A DNA stretch of 34,003 bases from Nitrospinota bacterium (GCA_022562795.1 JADFOP010000020.1:1-34003); one strand, 5' to 3'; counted from the first letter of the stretch, positions 18,480-27,701 are shown. Notes: generated from the sequence alone by a model not told the origin. A program made the numbers and translations.

Positions 18480-20165
18480 ATGCCCGCAACCGACACCGAG
18501 GCGCTCGGCCTAATCGATGAAGTCCTGGACTCTTACTGTCGGGCCAACCCTGTATGGGCAACCTACGCCGGCGTGCGAGATTTCGACGGCGCCCTACCCG
18601 ACCTGCGAGCCGAGGCCAGGCAGGAGTGGCTGGAGGCCAGGAAGGATTTCGCCCGGCGGCTCAAAGAGGTCCTGGAAGATGGCGAGGGGCTGTCGCGCGA
18701 TGCGCGACTCGATCTCGACTTCCTCAAGCGCAAATTGGATATGGAGGTCTCTTTGGAGGAAGCCACACGTCCGGCGGAGCGCAATCCGACACTCGCCCCC
18801 AAGAGCGCCCTATACGGGCTCTACTTCCTTACGCTTAGGCCCTTCGGGGACGAGGGGGAGCGGGCCGCTCGGCTGAGCGAGAGGCTACGGGGTGTGCCGG
18901 CTCTCTTGGAGGAGGGCGCCCGGCAGCTCGTTGAGCCTGCAGAGGTTCCTCCCCTCTGGGTGACGGTCGCCCGCCAGCTCGTCCAGGGTGGGGATACCTT
19001 CATCGCCGCTGTGGTGCCCGCATTGGCTTCCGAGGCCCCCTCGTTGGCCTCCGATCTCGATCGGGCCAGCGCAGTGGCCCGAGATTCCTTGGAAAAGTAT
19101 GGCCGCTTTCTTGACAAGCTCGCCGAGCGGGCCGCCGGAGACTTCGCCGTGGGGGAGGCCCTCTTCAACAGCATCTGTCAGGACTTCCACGGTCTCGGCC
19201 ACAGGGCGGGCGATCTGGTGGCAATAGGCCACGACGCGATCGATCAGACGAAAGCGGCTCTCGCAGAGGAGGCCCGCCTCATCGAGGCAGGCGAGGACTG
19301 GGAGAGCGTTACCGAGAGGCTTCAGGGTGATGTGGTCGAGCCCTCCGAAGTCCTCCCTCTCTACCGCGATCAGATGGAGAGAGCGCGCCGGTTCGTCGAG
19401 GAGCGGGACCTGGCGACCATCCCGGAGGATGAGCGGCTGGAGATTGTCCCAACGCCTCCCTTCGCCCGGGTCATCATCCCATACGCCGCCTACATCCCAC
19501 CCGGGGCTTTTGAGGCCGACCAGACCGGCTACTTTTGGGTGACCCCGGTGGATGAGGCCGACCCGAAGGTCCGATCCGAGCGCCTTCGGGGTCATTGCCC
19601 GACGAAGGCCCAGGTGACCGCGCTGCACGAGGCTTACCCGGGCCACCACCTCCAGTTCACCAGGGCCAACCGCTTGGCCTGGCCCGTCCGGAAGCTTTTC
19701 TCCTCGACGGTCCTGGTGGAGGGATGGGCTCTTTACTGTGAGGAGCTCATGTACGAGGAGGGTTTTTATACCGAGCCCGGGGTGCGCTTCATGGAGCTGC
19801 TCGGCCAGCTCTGGCGGGACTGTCGGGTAGTCATCGACGCTTCCCTTCACACGAGGCAAATGACGCCCGAGCAGGCCGTGGAGATGCTCGTGAGCGTGGC
19901 CAAGCTCTCCCGGCCAAACGCCGAGGCCGAGGTGCTCCGATACACCTTAAGCCCCACCCAGCCGATGAGCTACCACATGGGCAAGCGCGAGCTGCTCTTC
20001 TTGCGGACGGCCTACCGGCAGCTGCTCGGAGACCGATTCGACCTGAAAGCGTTCCACGACAAGCTGCTCGACTTTGGGAGCCTGCCGCTACCCACCATCC
20101 GGGACGCCATGCTCGAAGACGCCCGGGGCCTGTCCTCGGCAGGTGGTGTCGGGGTTCCGGCTTAG
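18480..20165 (+). CDS. DUF885 family protein (putative zinc metallopeptidase)
   Basis: NPVWATYAG, HEAYPGHHLQ, EGWALYCE, PTQPMSY, FDLKAFHD; AGGAGG before ATG 18480. Confidence 0.9.
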   Translation: MPATDTEALGLIDEVLDSYCRANPVWATYAGVRDFDGALPDLRAEARQEWLEARKDFARRLKEVLEDGEGLSRDARLDLDFLKRKLDMEVSLEEATRPAERNPTLAPKSALYGLYFLTLRPFGDEGERAARLSERLRGVPALLEEGARQLVEPAEVPPLWVTVARQLVQGGDTFIAAVVPALASEAPSLASDLDRASAVARDSLEKYGRFLDKLAERAAGDFAVGEALFNSICQDFHGLGHRAGDLVAIGHDAIDQTKAALAEEARLIEAGEDWESVTERLQGDVVEPSEVLPLYRDQMERARRFVEERDLATIPEDERLEIVPTPPFARVIIPYAAYIPPGAFEADQTGYFWVTPVDEADPKVRSERLRGHCPTKAQVTALHEAYPGHHLQFTRANRLAWPVRKLFSSTVLVEGWALYCEELMYEEGFYTEPGVRFMELLGQLWRDCRVVIDASLHTRQMTPEQAVEMLVSVAKLSRPNAEAEVLRYTLSPTQPMSYHMGKRELLFLRTAYRQLLGDRFDLKAFHDKLLDFGSLPLPTIRDAMLEDARGLSSAGGVGVPA

Positions 20166-20615
20166 GCCCGCCTGAGGCGGAAGGTTGGATTGCCAGGAAT
20201 TTCCAGCTAAAACCCTCAAGCCTTATAATTTTAATTGCTTACAAGAATTGGACACCTCCTTTAGACCCGTCTATTTCCCGGAAGCTCGTGATTCTTAATA
20301 ATCGCAGCAAAATCAACAGCTTATGGTAAGTTGAGATTTTTGGACGCTATTTGACACCGTAGGCTTAATTCCAAGGCTGGTGTCTCCTACAAGTCCAGTA
20401 AAATCAATATACAAAGTCCATTTTGGTACATTTGGAAAGTTGTCAAGATGTGTCAAAAAGTGTCAAATCTGTCCAATCTCTCAGGTCGCGGCAGATGGTG
20501 TCGGGGTCCGGGGCGACCCCGACTACCCCAAAGTGTGGGAATGCCCTTTGCGGCCCTCCGCCAAAATATAAGGTGTCGTGGTTCCGCCTGACGTCCGCCT
20601 GAGGCGGAACTACCC
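20137..20615. repeat. Three related GC-rich REP-like palindromic repeats (~20137-20182, 20489-20528, 20572-20615)
   Basis: All contain GGTGTCGKGGT; copy 2 has 9-bp stem GTCGGGGTC/GACCCCGAC; copies 1 and 3 share CCGCCTGAGGCGGAA; copies 2 and 3 start with GTAG on the minus strand. Confidence 0.65.
20221..20477. mobile_element. AT-rich att-like site with an IHF box and phased arm-type repeats
   Basis: IHF consensus AATCAACAGCTTA at 20311-20323; TGTCAA at 20441, 20451, 20461 and TGTCCA at 20470; inverted copies at 20248, 20340, 20350. Confidence 0.45.
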
Positions 20616-20882
20616 TTTAATTAAAATTCAGGCAGTATAGAATGTACGGGAAGTGCGTGACGACCACCCTTGCATTTTGATACTACTCTTTTAAGATGCG
20701 GATTGGGGGTGCGTCTTCGCCCGGCTGTTCAACTGGATTATCCCAAGCGGGTCTAAAGTAGATAGGACGTGGACGATACGCTGATCCCGACGCCGGACTT
20801 ATCTCCCGTTATTTTCAACATAGGTCGGGAGTCTCCGCGATCTCGCTCTCCCTTTAGCCCGATTAAGCGATAGGAGGCTTTC

Positions 20883-22289
20883 ATGAACGGAATGAGGTTT
20901 GGTCTTGTTGGTATGCTCGTTGGGTCAATCGTGCTGTTTTCTTCAGGGGCTACACGGTCCGCTGAGGAGAGCCAAGTCGTCACAGCCGACGACCGGACGG
21001 CGCTGACGCTAACCATCTACGACCGGGGGTCGGCCCTGGTTGAGGAGACCCGCCGGGTGCGCCTTCCTGCTTCCGGGAGGATTGTATGGCGGGATGCGCC
21101 TAAGACTTTAGACCCTACGAGCGTTCAGCTTGAAGGCCCCAGGGGGCTTCAAGTCCTGGAGGAGCGCTTCCTCTACGACCCCCTCACTCATGAACGTCTC
21201 CTCAAAGCCGCCCGGGGCGGGCGGGTCGACCTCGTGGTGACGTCCCAGCAGACGGGCGAGGAGAGCAGAACTGAGGCCGTACTCCTCGCCGCCGAGGGCG
21301 CCCCGGTATTCCAGATCGGGGAGGAGGTCCATTTGGGACATCCCGGCCGCGTAGTCCTGCCCCGCATGCCCGGATCACTCGTCCCGGAGCCGGAGCTACT
21401 CTGGAAGCTTGCAGGTCCGACAGGCGAAGCGGCCCTCACCGCCCGTTATCTAGCCGAGGGGTTCAATTGGCGGGCCGACTACGTTCTCCGAATTGACGAG
21501 GCGTCTCTGGTAGGAACCCTCTCTGGGGTCTTCGCCGTCACCAACACAAGCGGGGCCGACGTCCGCGACGCCTCCGTCCAGCTTGTGGCCGGCACTGTTG
21601 GGCGCGTGAAGCCCCCTATAGTCCCGTTGGCCAGGGGTGTCCGGGCGATGGCCGAGAGGGTCGCTGAGGCCCCTGTCGCCGACCTCCACCGCTACACGGT
21701 CGAGGAACCCGTAACCGTGGCCGACGGCCGCACGGTACGCCTCGGCTTCCTCCAGGCCGATAGGCTTCGGCTCGGGCGCCGCTACGAGGTTCGCGGGGGC
21801 TGGCCCGTCCTTCTAAGGCCGCGCTCGGAAGAAGAGCGGCTCCCTGTGGCCGTAATCTGGTTAATGGCAAACACGTCCGAGGCGGGCCTCGGCCGCCCTC
21901 TGCCAGGCGGCACCCTCCGGGTCTACGTTGCCCAGGATGACCGACCCCTCCTGTTCGCCGGCGAGGTGGGCCTGGGTCATACTCCTGCGGGGGTTGAGGA
22001 GGTCAAGTTAGAGACGGGCCTGGCCTTCGATCTTGTGGCGAAGCGCAGGCAGACGGAATTTCAGCGCCTTGGGAAGGATCTCTACGAGTCGGCGTGGCGG
22101 GTGACGATCGAGAACCACAAGAGAGTTGAGGCTTCCGTTCGCCTCGTCGAGCACATCCCACCCCAGGCCGAGATAATCTCGGCGAGCCACGCGCATGAGC
22201 GGGCGGCCGCCGATAGGCTCGTCTTCGATATGGTTGTACCGGCAGACAAGGCCGTAGAGGTCACCTACAAGGTCAGGGTGCGTCGGTAG
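20883..22289 (+). CDS. DUF4139 family exported protein
   Basis: Signal peptide; LTIY..ALVEETR, LDPTSV, WRADY, VTNTSG, LGRPLPGGTLRVY, GLAFD; AGGAGG RBS. Confidence 0.88.
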   Translation: MNGMRFGLVGMLVGSIVLFSSGATRSAEESQVVTADDRTALTLTIYDRGSALVEETRRVRLPASGRIVWRDAPKTLDPTSVQLEGPRGLQVLEERFLYDPLTHERLLKAARGGRVDLVVTSQQTGEESRTEAVLLAAEGAPVFQIGEEVHLGHPGRVVLPRMPGSLVPEPELLWKLAGPTGEAALTARYLAEGFNWRADYVLRIDEASLVGTLSGVFAVTNTSGADVRDASVQLVAGTVGRVKPPIVPLARGVRAMAERVAEAPVADLHRYTVEEPVTVADGRTVRLGFLQADRLRLGRRYEVRGGWPVLLRPRSEEERLPVAVIWLMANTSEAGLGRPLPGGTLRVYVAQDDRPLLFAGEVGLGHTPAGVEEVKLETGLAFDLVAKRRQTEFQRLGKDLYESAWRVTIENHKRVEASVRLVEHIPPQAEIISASHAHERAAADRLVFDMVVPADKAVEVTYKVRVRR

Positions 22290-22535
22290 GGGGTCTCTGA
22301 GGGACCGGCTCTATGTTTGGGGATTGCGAAATGTCCCAGGAAGGTTAAAATGGTTATCGGAGAGGGGAGTTGATTGAGCTCGAGGGATGCTCCCGCCTCT
22401 CTGGCAGATTTCGTCCCCTTGTACGTCGCTACAGCCGAGGGGGTCCAAGGGCGAAGTAAATGCCTTACCGGGAGTATGTTGTGACGAAGTCGCTCTCCCT
22501 TATCAAACTTCAGGGCATGAAAGGAGGTATCGCTC

Positions 22536-23099
22536 ATGCGCGTGCTATTTAGCCTTCTTCTCCTTGTGGCCATGGTCGGCCAGGTCGAGGCTCAAGCCCC
22601 GGCGTCCAAACGCGGGCCTAAGGGCCCCAAGTGGAAGGTGAAAGAACAATCCACGGTGAAAAAAGCACCAGACACTAAAAAGGCGCCAGACACTGAGGAT
22701 ATCGCAAGAACCATTTTTAGCGAAATCGAGAGGCGCATCATCGAGAGATATTTTGGCAAAAAGGAGGCTCCGGAGGAGGAAAAGGTTGAGAAGGGCAAGG
22801 GGGCCAAGGGCAAGAGCAAAGCGATGCCACACGGCCTCGCCAAGCGGGAGACACTCCCCCCCGGTCTTGCCCGCCATGTCGAACGTCACGGCGGCTATCT
22901 GCCGCCGGGACTACAGAAGCGCGATTTCCCTGACGACCTAGCTTCGCTCCTGCCGAAGACGTCGCCCGGCCTAGAACGGGTGATCGTCGACAACAATGTG
23001 GTGCTGATCGAGAGGGCGACCGGGCTGGTCCTCGACGTTCTCGAAAACGTGTTAAAGAAGAAAGACATCGGCGCTAAAGGCCACCGCTCAGAGGATTAG
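22536..23099 (+). CDS. Exported Lys-rich protein with LPPGL repeats
   Basis: AGGAGG RBS, signal peptide, MPHGLAK/LPPGLAR/LPPGLQK, C-terminal RVIVDNNVVLIERATGLVLDVL. Confidence 0.75.
   Translation: MRVLFSLLLLVAMVGQVEAQAPASKRGPKGPKWKVKEQSTVKKAPDTKKAPDTEDIARTIFSEIERRIIERYFGKKEAPEEEKVEKGKGAKGKSKAMPHGLAKRETLPPGLARHVERHGGYLPPGLQKRDFPDDLASLLPKTSPGLERVIVDNNVVLIERATGLVLDVLENVLKKKDIGAKGHRSED
22659..22694 (+). repeat. 18-bp tandem duplication encoding KKAPDT twice
   Basis: aaaaaagcaccagacact / aaaaaggcgccagacact. Confidence 0.8.
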
Positions 23100-23349
23100 C
23101 AAGACGCAAAGCATAGGGGATTCCACATCCCAATGGCGCAATCAGTGATGGATTAAGCACGGGTTTTCTTGTTCCTGGGGGACGATAATTGGTAGTAATT
23201 AACCTAATTTTCATGTAATGTAGAGCCACGATTGCCTGTGATAATCTTCCCCGCCATTTGGTCCATTTACCATTAACAATGAGTACATGTGATTACTTGA
23301 GGCATATCGTAGGCTCTCCAAAAAAAACTATACATTTGTAAAAAAGGCC

Positions 23350-23377
23350 TTGCGTTCTTTCACAGACCCCGTAGAAT
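23350..23377 (+). promoter_or_regulatory. Sigma70-type promoter
   Basis: TTGCGT-16 nt-TAGAAT with A-rich upstream tracts. Confidence 0.55.
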
Positions 23378-23452
23378 GGCACCTTGTGTGCCCGGGAGCG
23401 GTTTCCCCGGAAGAGGAGTAATTAATTAAATTACAAAGGGTTGAGCGCCTTA

Positions 23453-23478
23453 GGGCCCTTTGAGGGGCCCATTTTTTT
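23453..23478 (+). terminator. Intrinsic terminator upstream of the kinase-like gene
   Basis: GGGCCCT-TTGA-GGGGCCC-ATTTTTTT. Confidence 0.7.
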
Positions 23479-23543
23479 GGCGACACGGCACGGCCGGAAC
23501 TAGGACGAAGCAAAGACGCGCACGACAACGAAACGGGATTGAG

Positions 23544-24011
23544 ATGCCAGGCAATTTGCTCTTAAAACTTCAGGCGGCTGTCAATGAAGGGAGAACCATC
23601 AACGATCTTGATAATATTTATCTCGTTGAGGATGGGATTATCGGAAAACGGTGCCGGAATAAAGAGCGCGCCTATAACGAATATGAGATAGGAAAATTTC
23701 TTTTTGAGAATGGCGTGCAAGTTCCTAATATGTTCAATTTAATTACGCCGGGTTCCTTAATGATTCGTAAATCCTCCAAAAACTCTCCAAAAGATTGGTT
23801 CATATTGATGGAAAGAATAAAGGGTAAAACCATAAAGGAGTTGGCCGGAATAGAGAAAAAGGAGGCGATTGAACAACGCAAGTCTGAGTTAGAAAAAGTT
23901 TTGGCTCTGAATGTCCATCATCCTGACTCCGCTTATGACGATAATTCGATATATGATGCAAAGCAGAAGAAGTTATACCTAATTGATTTCGAACATTGGA
24001 GAAAATTATAA
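23544..24011 (+). CDS. Minimal protein-kinase-like protein (Bud32/RIO/Kdo-kinase-like), 155 aa, AT-rich
   Basis: K...AYNEY, VQVP, ILMERIKG, VHHPD....N, LYLIDFE. Confidence 0.7.
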   Translation: MPGNLLLKLQAAVNEGRTINDLDNIYLVEDGIIGKRCRNKERAYNEYEIGKFLFENGVQVPNMFNLITPGSLMIRKSSKNSPKDWFILMERIKGKTIKELAGIEKKEAIEQRKSELEKVLALNVHHPDSAYDDNSIYDAKQKKLYLIDFEHWRKL

Positions 24012-24165
24012 GAGAACCGGATTATTGGTCGAATGTAACTACTGATATATCCTCTTAACCAGCACACTACAACAATCCCCGGCGAAGGTTGTTTGTGGGG
24101 ATTGCGCTCCGCAAATCTCCTTCCCTGACGGTCTTCATTTCCCGCCGTGCGTGGCGTTGGCGTCC

Positions 24166-25197
24166 TTAATGACCCGGTGTGATGTCTGTCTGAACCAGGG
24201 CCGCCGATTTGAGGGGTCTTCCGGCCAACAGCGCATCGAAAATCAGAGAGCCAAGACCTAACAGGACTACGGTTACAGAGATAGCGATGCGGAGCGCGAA
24301 CGCGGCCGAAAGAGCCTGAGCGCTCGTAAGCCCATATAGGAGGAGCCCGCCCATAGTGGCGAAGACGTGGTAGGCCCCGAGGATGCCCGGACCCGTCGGC
24401 AAGGTGAAGCTTAGAAACTGGAGCAGCATCAGCATGAGGGCGGCCGAGAGCGGTAGAGGCAGGTCGAAGGCTCGAAATAGGAAGAAGTTGCCGGCGAACC
24501 AACATCCCCACATAGAGACCGACAAGACGGCGAACGCAACAAGGTTTCTGCCCGTGGGCATCCCTCGCAGGCCGGTGACGAAGTTCTCCGCCCACCATGA
24601 GATTTTCTCAACCCAGCTGGACGGGAGGAAAGCAAACGTCTTATGCAAGCGTTCCAGGGTTCGCTCGCGGTTCCGAACCAGTCCCCAAAGAACCAGCCCA
24701 ACCAATAAAACAATCGCACCAGATAGACCCACGCCGATTTGCAAAGAGGCCTTCGTTGCAAGGCTCAGGTTGGGTGGATTGGCCCATCCTAAAGCCAGCA
24801 GGGTCATGAGAGGGAGTAGTAAGAGGATCCCGATAATCCGCTCTACTACTACGGTGGCGAAAACGCTGCTGACGGGCACGCGGCCTCCCTCTCCCGCCAC
24901 AAAGGCCCTCACCACCGCACCCGCGTGGGCCGGCAGCAGAGTATTGTATAGAAACCCCACTGAGGTGGCCCGAAAGCAGAGGCCGAGCCCCAACGGGTGG
25001 ACTGACCTTAAGAGAAATGTCCAGCGCCATGCGTGGATGCCTGTACGAAGTACAACAATGGCAGAGATGATTCCTAACCACTCCAGCTTCACATCGACAA
25101 ATGATTGGCGGACCTGACCCCACTCAATTCCCCGCACCAGCAATCCGATGAGCAGGAGACTGAAGATAAATCCAGCAATGGCGTAACGCCTCTTCAC
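24166..25197 (-). CDS. Lysylphosphatidylglycerol synthase TM / flippase-like (UPF0104) membrane protein
   Basis: AWRW, NTLLPAHAG..VR, VVVERI, PTGPGILGAYH; multi-TM. Confidence 0.85.
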   Translation of the reverse strand: MKRRYAIAGFIFSLLLIGLLVRGIEWGQVRQSFVDVKLEWLGIISAIVVLRTGIHAWRWTFLLRSVHPLGLGLCFRATSVGFLYNTLLPAHAGAVVRAFVAGEGGRVPVSSVFATVVVERIIGILLLLPLMTLLALGWANPPNLSLATKASLQIGVGLSGAIVLLVGLVLWGLVRNRERTLERLHKTFAFLPSSWVEKISWWAENFVTGLRGMPTGRNLVAFAVLSVSMWGCWFAGNFFLFRAFDLPLPLSAALMLMLLQFLSFTLPTGPGILGAYHVFATMGGLLLYGLTSAQALSAAFALRIAISVTVVLLGLGSLIFDALLAGRPLKSAALVQTDITPGH

Positions 25198-25265
25198 GTG
25201 TCGCCTCCATGGAGAGATGGGGTTTGCCCAAGTGAGCCACCACTTGGTGTGAGAACTATGCGTGC

Positions 25266-26186
25266 CTACTCCATCTCTCGGGCCTGCTCCATCAGCCGGA
25301 GGGCCGCATAGAGAGTGGCGTTGACGGGGGTGGGCACACCCTGAGCGCGGCCCCGATCGACGACCACACCCGACAGCGCGTGGACCTCGATTGGCTTTCC
25401 CGCCTCCCAGTCGTGCCGCATCGAGCTGGTGATGGGCCCCAGGCCCCTGGTGGCCTCGACCATCTTGTCCACCACGTCTTCGGCGAGCTCCACGCCACAG
25501 GCTCGGGCGACCTGGGCCACCTCGGCCATCGCTGCCCTAGCGACCTCCAGTGATTCCGGGATTTCCAGAATCTCCTGGACGTTCGCCCCGGTGATTGTGG
25601 TCAGAGGGTTGAAGCAGGCGTTCCAGGCGAGCTTGGTCCAAAGTCCCTTACGGATGTCCGCTGTGAGCTTGCTCTCAATGCCGGCCGCCTCGAAAAGGGC
25701 CTGTAGGCGTCGGCCCCGCTCCGAGAGATCGCCGTCCATCTCGCCGAAGGTGAGGCCTCCGGCGGCGGTGTGGGCGATGACGCCGGGCGACTCAATGACG
25801 GCCGAGATGAAGGCGAGACCGCCGAGGACGCTACCCATCCCAAAGTGGCTCGCCAATATCTCTTCGCTCTCAACACCGTTTTGCAACGACAGAACGGCCG
25901 TATCCGGGCCCACAATGGGCGCCATCTGCCGGGCGGCGGCCTCTGTGTCATAGGTCTTTACGGCAAAGAGGATGCAATCGACCTGGCCCACTTCCGCCGG
26001 CTCGTCGGTCGCCTTTACCTCTGGCAGGTGGAAGTCGCCCTTCCAGCTTTTGACCGTTAGGCCCTTATCCCGGATGGCCTCAAGGTGGGCCCCGCGGGCG
26101 ACGAAGGCGACCGTGTTACCAGCCCTGGCGAGCAGCGCACCATAGTACCCACCTACCGCGCCTGCCCCCACAACGGCGAACCGCAT
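25266..26186 (-). CDS. panE: 2-dehydropantoate 2-reductase
   Basis: GAGAVGGYYG, VKTYD, SLQNG, WTKLAWN, SSM..D, E; start 26186 ATG or 26192 TTG. Confidence 0.92.
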   Translation of the reverse strand: MRFAVVGAGAVGGYYGALLARAGNTVAFVARGAHLEAIRDKGLTVKSWKGDFHLPEVKATDEPAEVGQVDCILFAVKTYDTEAAARQMAPIVGPDTAVLSLQNGVESEEILASHFGMGSVLGGLAFISAVIESPGVIAHTAAGGLTFGEMDGDLSERGRRLQALFEAAGIESKLTADIRKGLWTKLAWNACFNPLTTITGANVQEILEIPESLEVARAAMAEVAQVARACGVELAEDVVDKMVEATRGLGPITSSMRHDWEAGKPIEVHALSGVVVDRGRAQGVPTPVNATLYAALRLMEQAREME

Positions 26187-26323
26187 GCTCAATCTCCTTA
26201 GAGAATTAGTGCGACTGCAGGCCTCTCAGTCCTCACTACTCTAACATTATATTTATCTTGCTATCTTATGAATGACGAGAAGGGGCACAAGGGAGCCGCT
26301 TGGGGGACCCACCAGGCCCTCGA

Positions 26324-27196
26324 TCAGAGCGGCTTGACGGCGAAGCTGATGTCGAGGGCTGGGGCGGCGTGGGTCAAGGCCCCGACCGAGATGTAGTCTA
26401 CTCCGCAGGCGGCCACGGCCTGGATGTTCTCAGGGGTCATGCCGCCCGAGGCTTCCAGCGGGATCCGGCCTTCCGCCGTCCTGACCGCCTCGCGGATCGC
26501 CTCGATGGGGAAGTTGTCCAGCATGATGCGGTCAACTTCGAGCTTAAGGGCCCCTGTTAGCTCCTCGTCGTTCGTCACCTCGACGACAACTGGGTAGCGC
26601 TCTCCGTAGGCCGCGCGCACATTCTCGACCGCCGCCTTTACGCCCCCGGCGGCGGCGATGTGATTGTCCTTGATGAGGACGAGGTCGAAGAGGCCGGCCC
26701 GCCAGTTCTCTCCCCCGCCGACTCGCACGGCGTAGCGCTCGAGGGACCTTAGGCCCGGCGTGGTCTTTCGGGTATCGAGGATCGTCACCCCGTAGGGGGC
26801 GGCCGCCTCGACGCACCGGCGGGTCAGCGTGGCGATGCCGCTTAAGCGCTGGACGAAGTTGAGGGCCACCCGTTCGGCCACGAGTTGTCCGGCCAGGGGG
26901 CCTTCGATCACCATGAGCGCCTCTCCCGGCTCAACGGCCTGGCCGTCGGCGACTTCCTGCCTCACGCTCAAGGAGGCCTCCGCCCTCCGAAAGACCGCTT
27001 CGGCCACAGGGAGGCCCGCCACGAGGGCGGCCGCCTTGGCCACCATGCGGCCGACGCCCAGGGTTTCCGGGCTCACGCAGGCGGCCGTCGTCACGTCGCC
27101 GCTGCCCACGTCTTCGTCCAGAGCCCTGGAGATGACTTCCTCCACGACGGCCTCATCGAGGCCGAGCAGGGCCGAAGGGCTCACAGCCTCTGCCAT
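26324..27196 (-). CDS. nadC: Quinolinate phosphoribosyltransferase
   Basis: ED..GDVT, ERVALN, DTRKTTPG, LIKDNH, MLDN, EASGG, GALTH. Confidence 0.93.
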   Translation of the reverse strand: MAEAVSPSALLGLDEAVVEEVISRALDEDVGSGDVTTAACVSPETLGVGRMVAKAAALVAGLPVAEAVFRRAEASLSVRQEVADGQAVEPGEALMVIEGPLAGQLVAERVALNFVQRLSGIATLTRRCVEAAAPYGVTILDTRKTTPGLRSLERYAVRVGGGENWRAGLFDLVLIKDNHIAAAGGVKAAVENVRAAYGERYPVVVEVTNDEELTGALKLEVDRIMLDNFPIEAIREAVRTAEGRIPLEASGGMTPENIQAVAACGVDYISVGALTHAAPALDISFAVKPL

Positions 27197-27254
27197 CGGG
27201 TTCTCCTCTTATCTGTGTAGGGAACTCGGGGCAAGTACACCAATGACCTCGCCA

Positions 27255-27701
27255 TCAGAGCTTGAGCCCGAGAATCCGTTTGATCTTTCCTCGAAGCTCA
27301 TCGGGCTCCTGAACCCCGTAGATGGTATCAAGCTTCCGGCCGTCTCCGTCAAAGAAGATGAGCACCGTGTTGGGGACGTTGTGCCGGATGGCGAAGGCAC
27401 GCCCCTCAGGGGTATTGAGGTCGGCAAGGACGAAGATACAATCCTTCCGAAATTCAGGGATGAGCGAGTCCACGACCCGCTTGAGCTCGCGGCAGTTCGG
27501 TCACGTTGGAAGGAAGACTTCGACGATGACGGGCTTTCCCTGTCCGATGGCGCTCAGCGACCCGTATGCGGGGCGGCTCTGGGCGAGAATGTAAGTCCCC
27601 GCGACGGCCACCAGGAGTACCACAAGGCCCGCGAGCATCCAGGTGCTCCGCCTCTTTTTCGGTCGCCTCCTGGCTTTCTTTCCCTTGGGCTTCTTGGCCA
27701 T
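27255..27701 (-). CDS. Membrane-anchored thioredoxin-like selenoprotein with UxxC motif (148 aa with UGA read-through)
   Basis: Track ORFs 27501-27728 and 27255-27473 are one frame joined through TGA 27501-27503: GKPVIVEVFLPT-U-PNC-RELK; later VPNTVLIFFDGDG; GGAGG before ATG 27701. Confidence 0.85.
27470..27492 (-). promoter_or_regulatory. Candidate bacterial SECIS hairpin
   Basis: CCGCGA(G)CTC-AAGC-GGG-TCGTGG starting 8 nt after the UGA. Confidence 0.5.

Noticed and set aside
20144-20156. TGGTGTCGGGG as the reverse complement of a tRNA 3' end
   Set aside because: No T-arm (GTTCRA) at the right distance; better explained as a REP-like repeat arm
23095-23135. GACGCAAAGCATAGGG resembling the c-di-GMP-I riboswitch core
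   Set aside because: Upstream GGCAAA/GNRA P2 stem is absent and would overlap the preceding CDS; an Rfam scan would settle it
23273-23305. Minus-strand micro-ORF MPQVITCTHC with a GGAGAG RBS
   Set aside because: Only 10 codons; could be a frameshifted zinc-finger relic but cannot be supported
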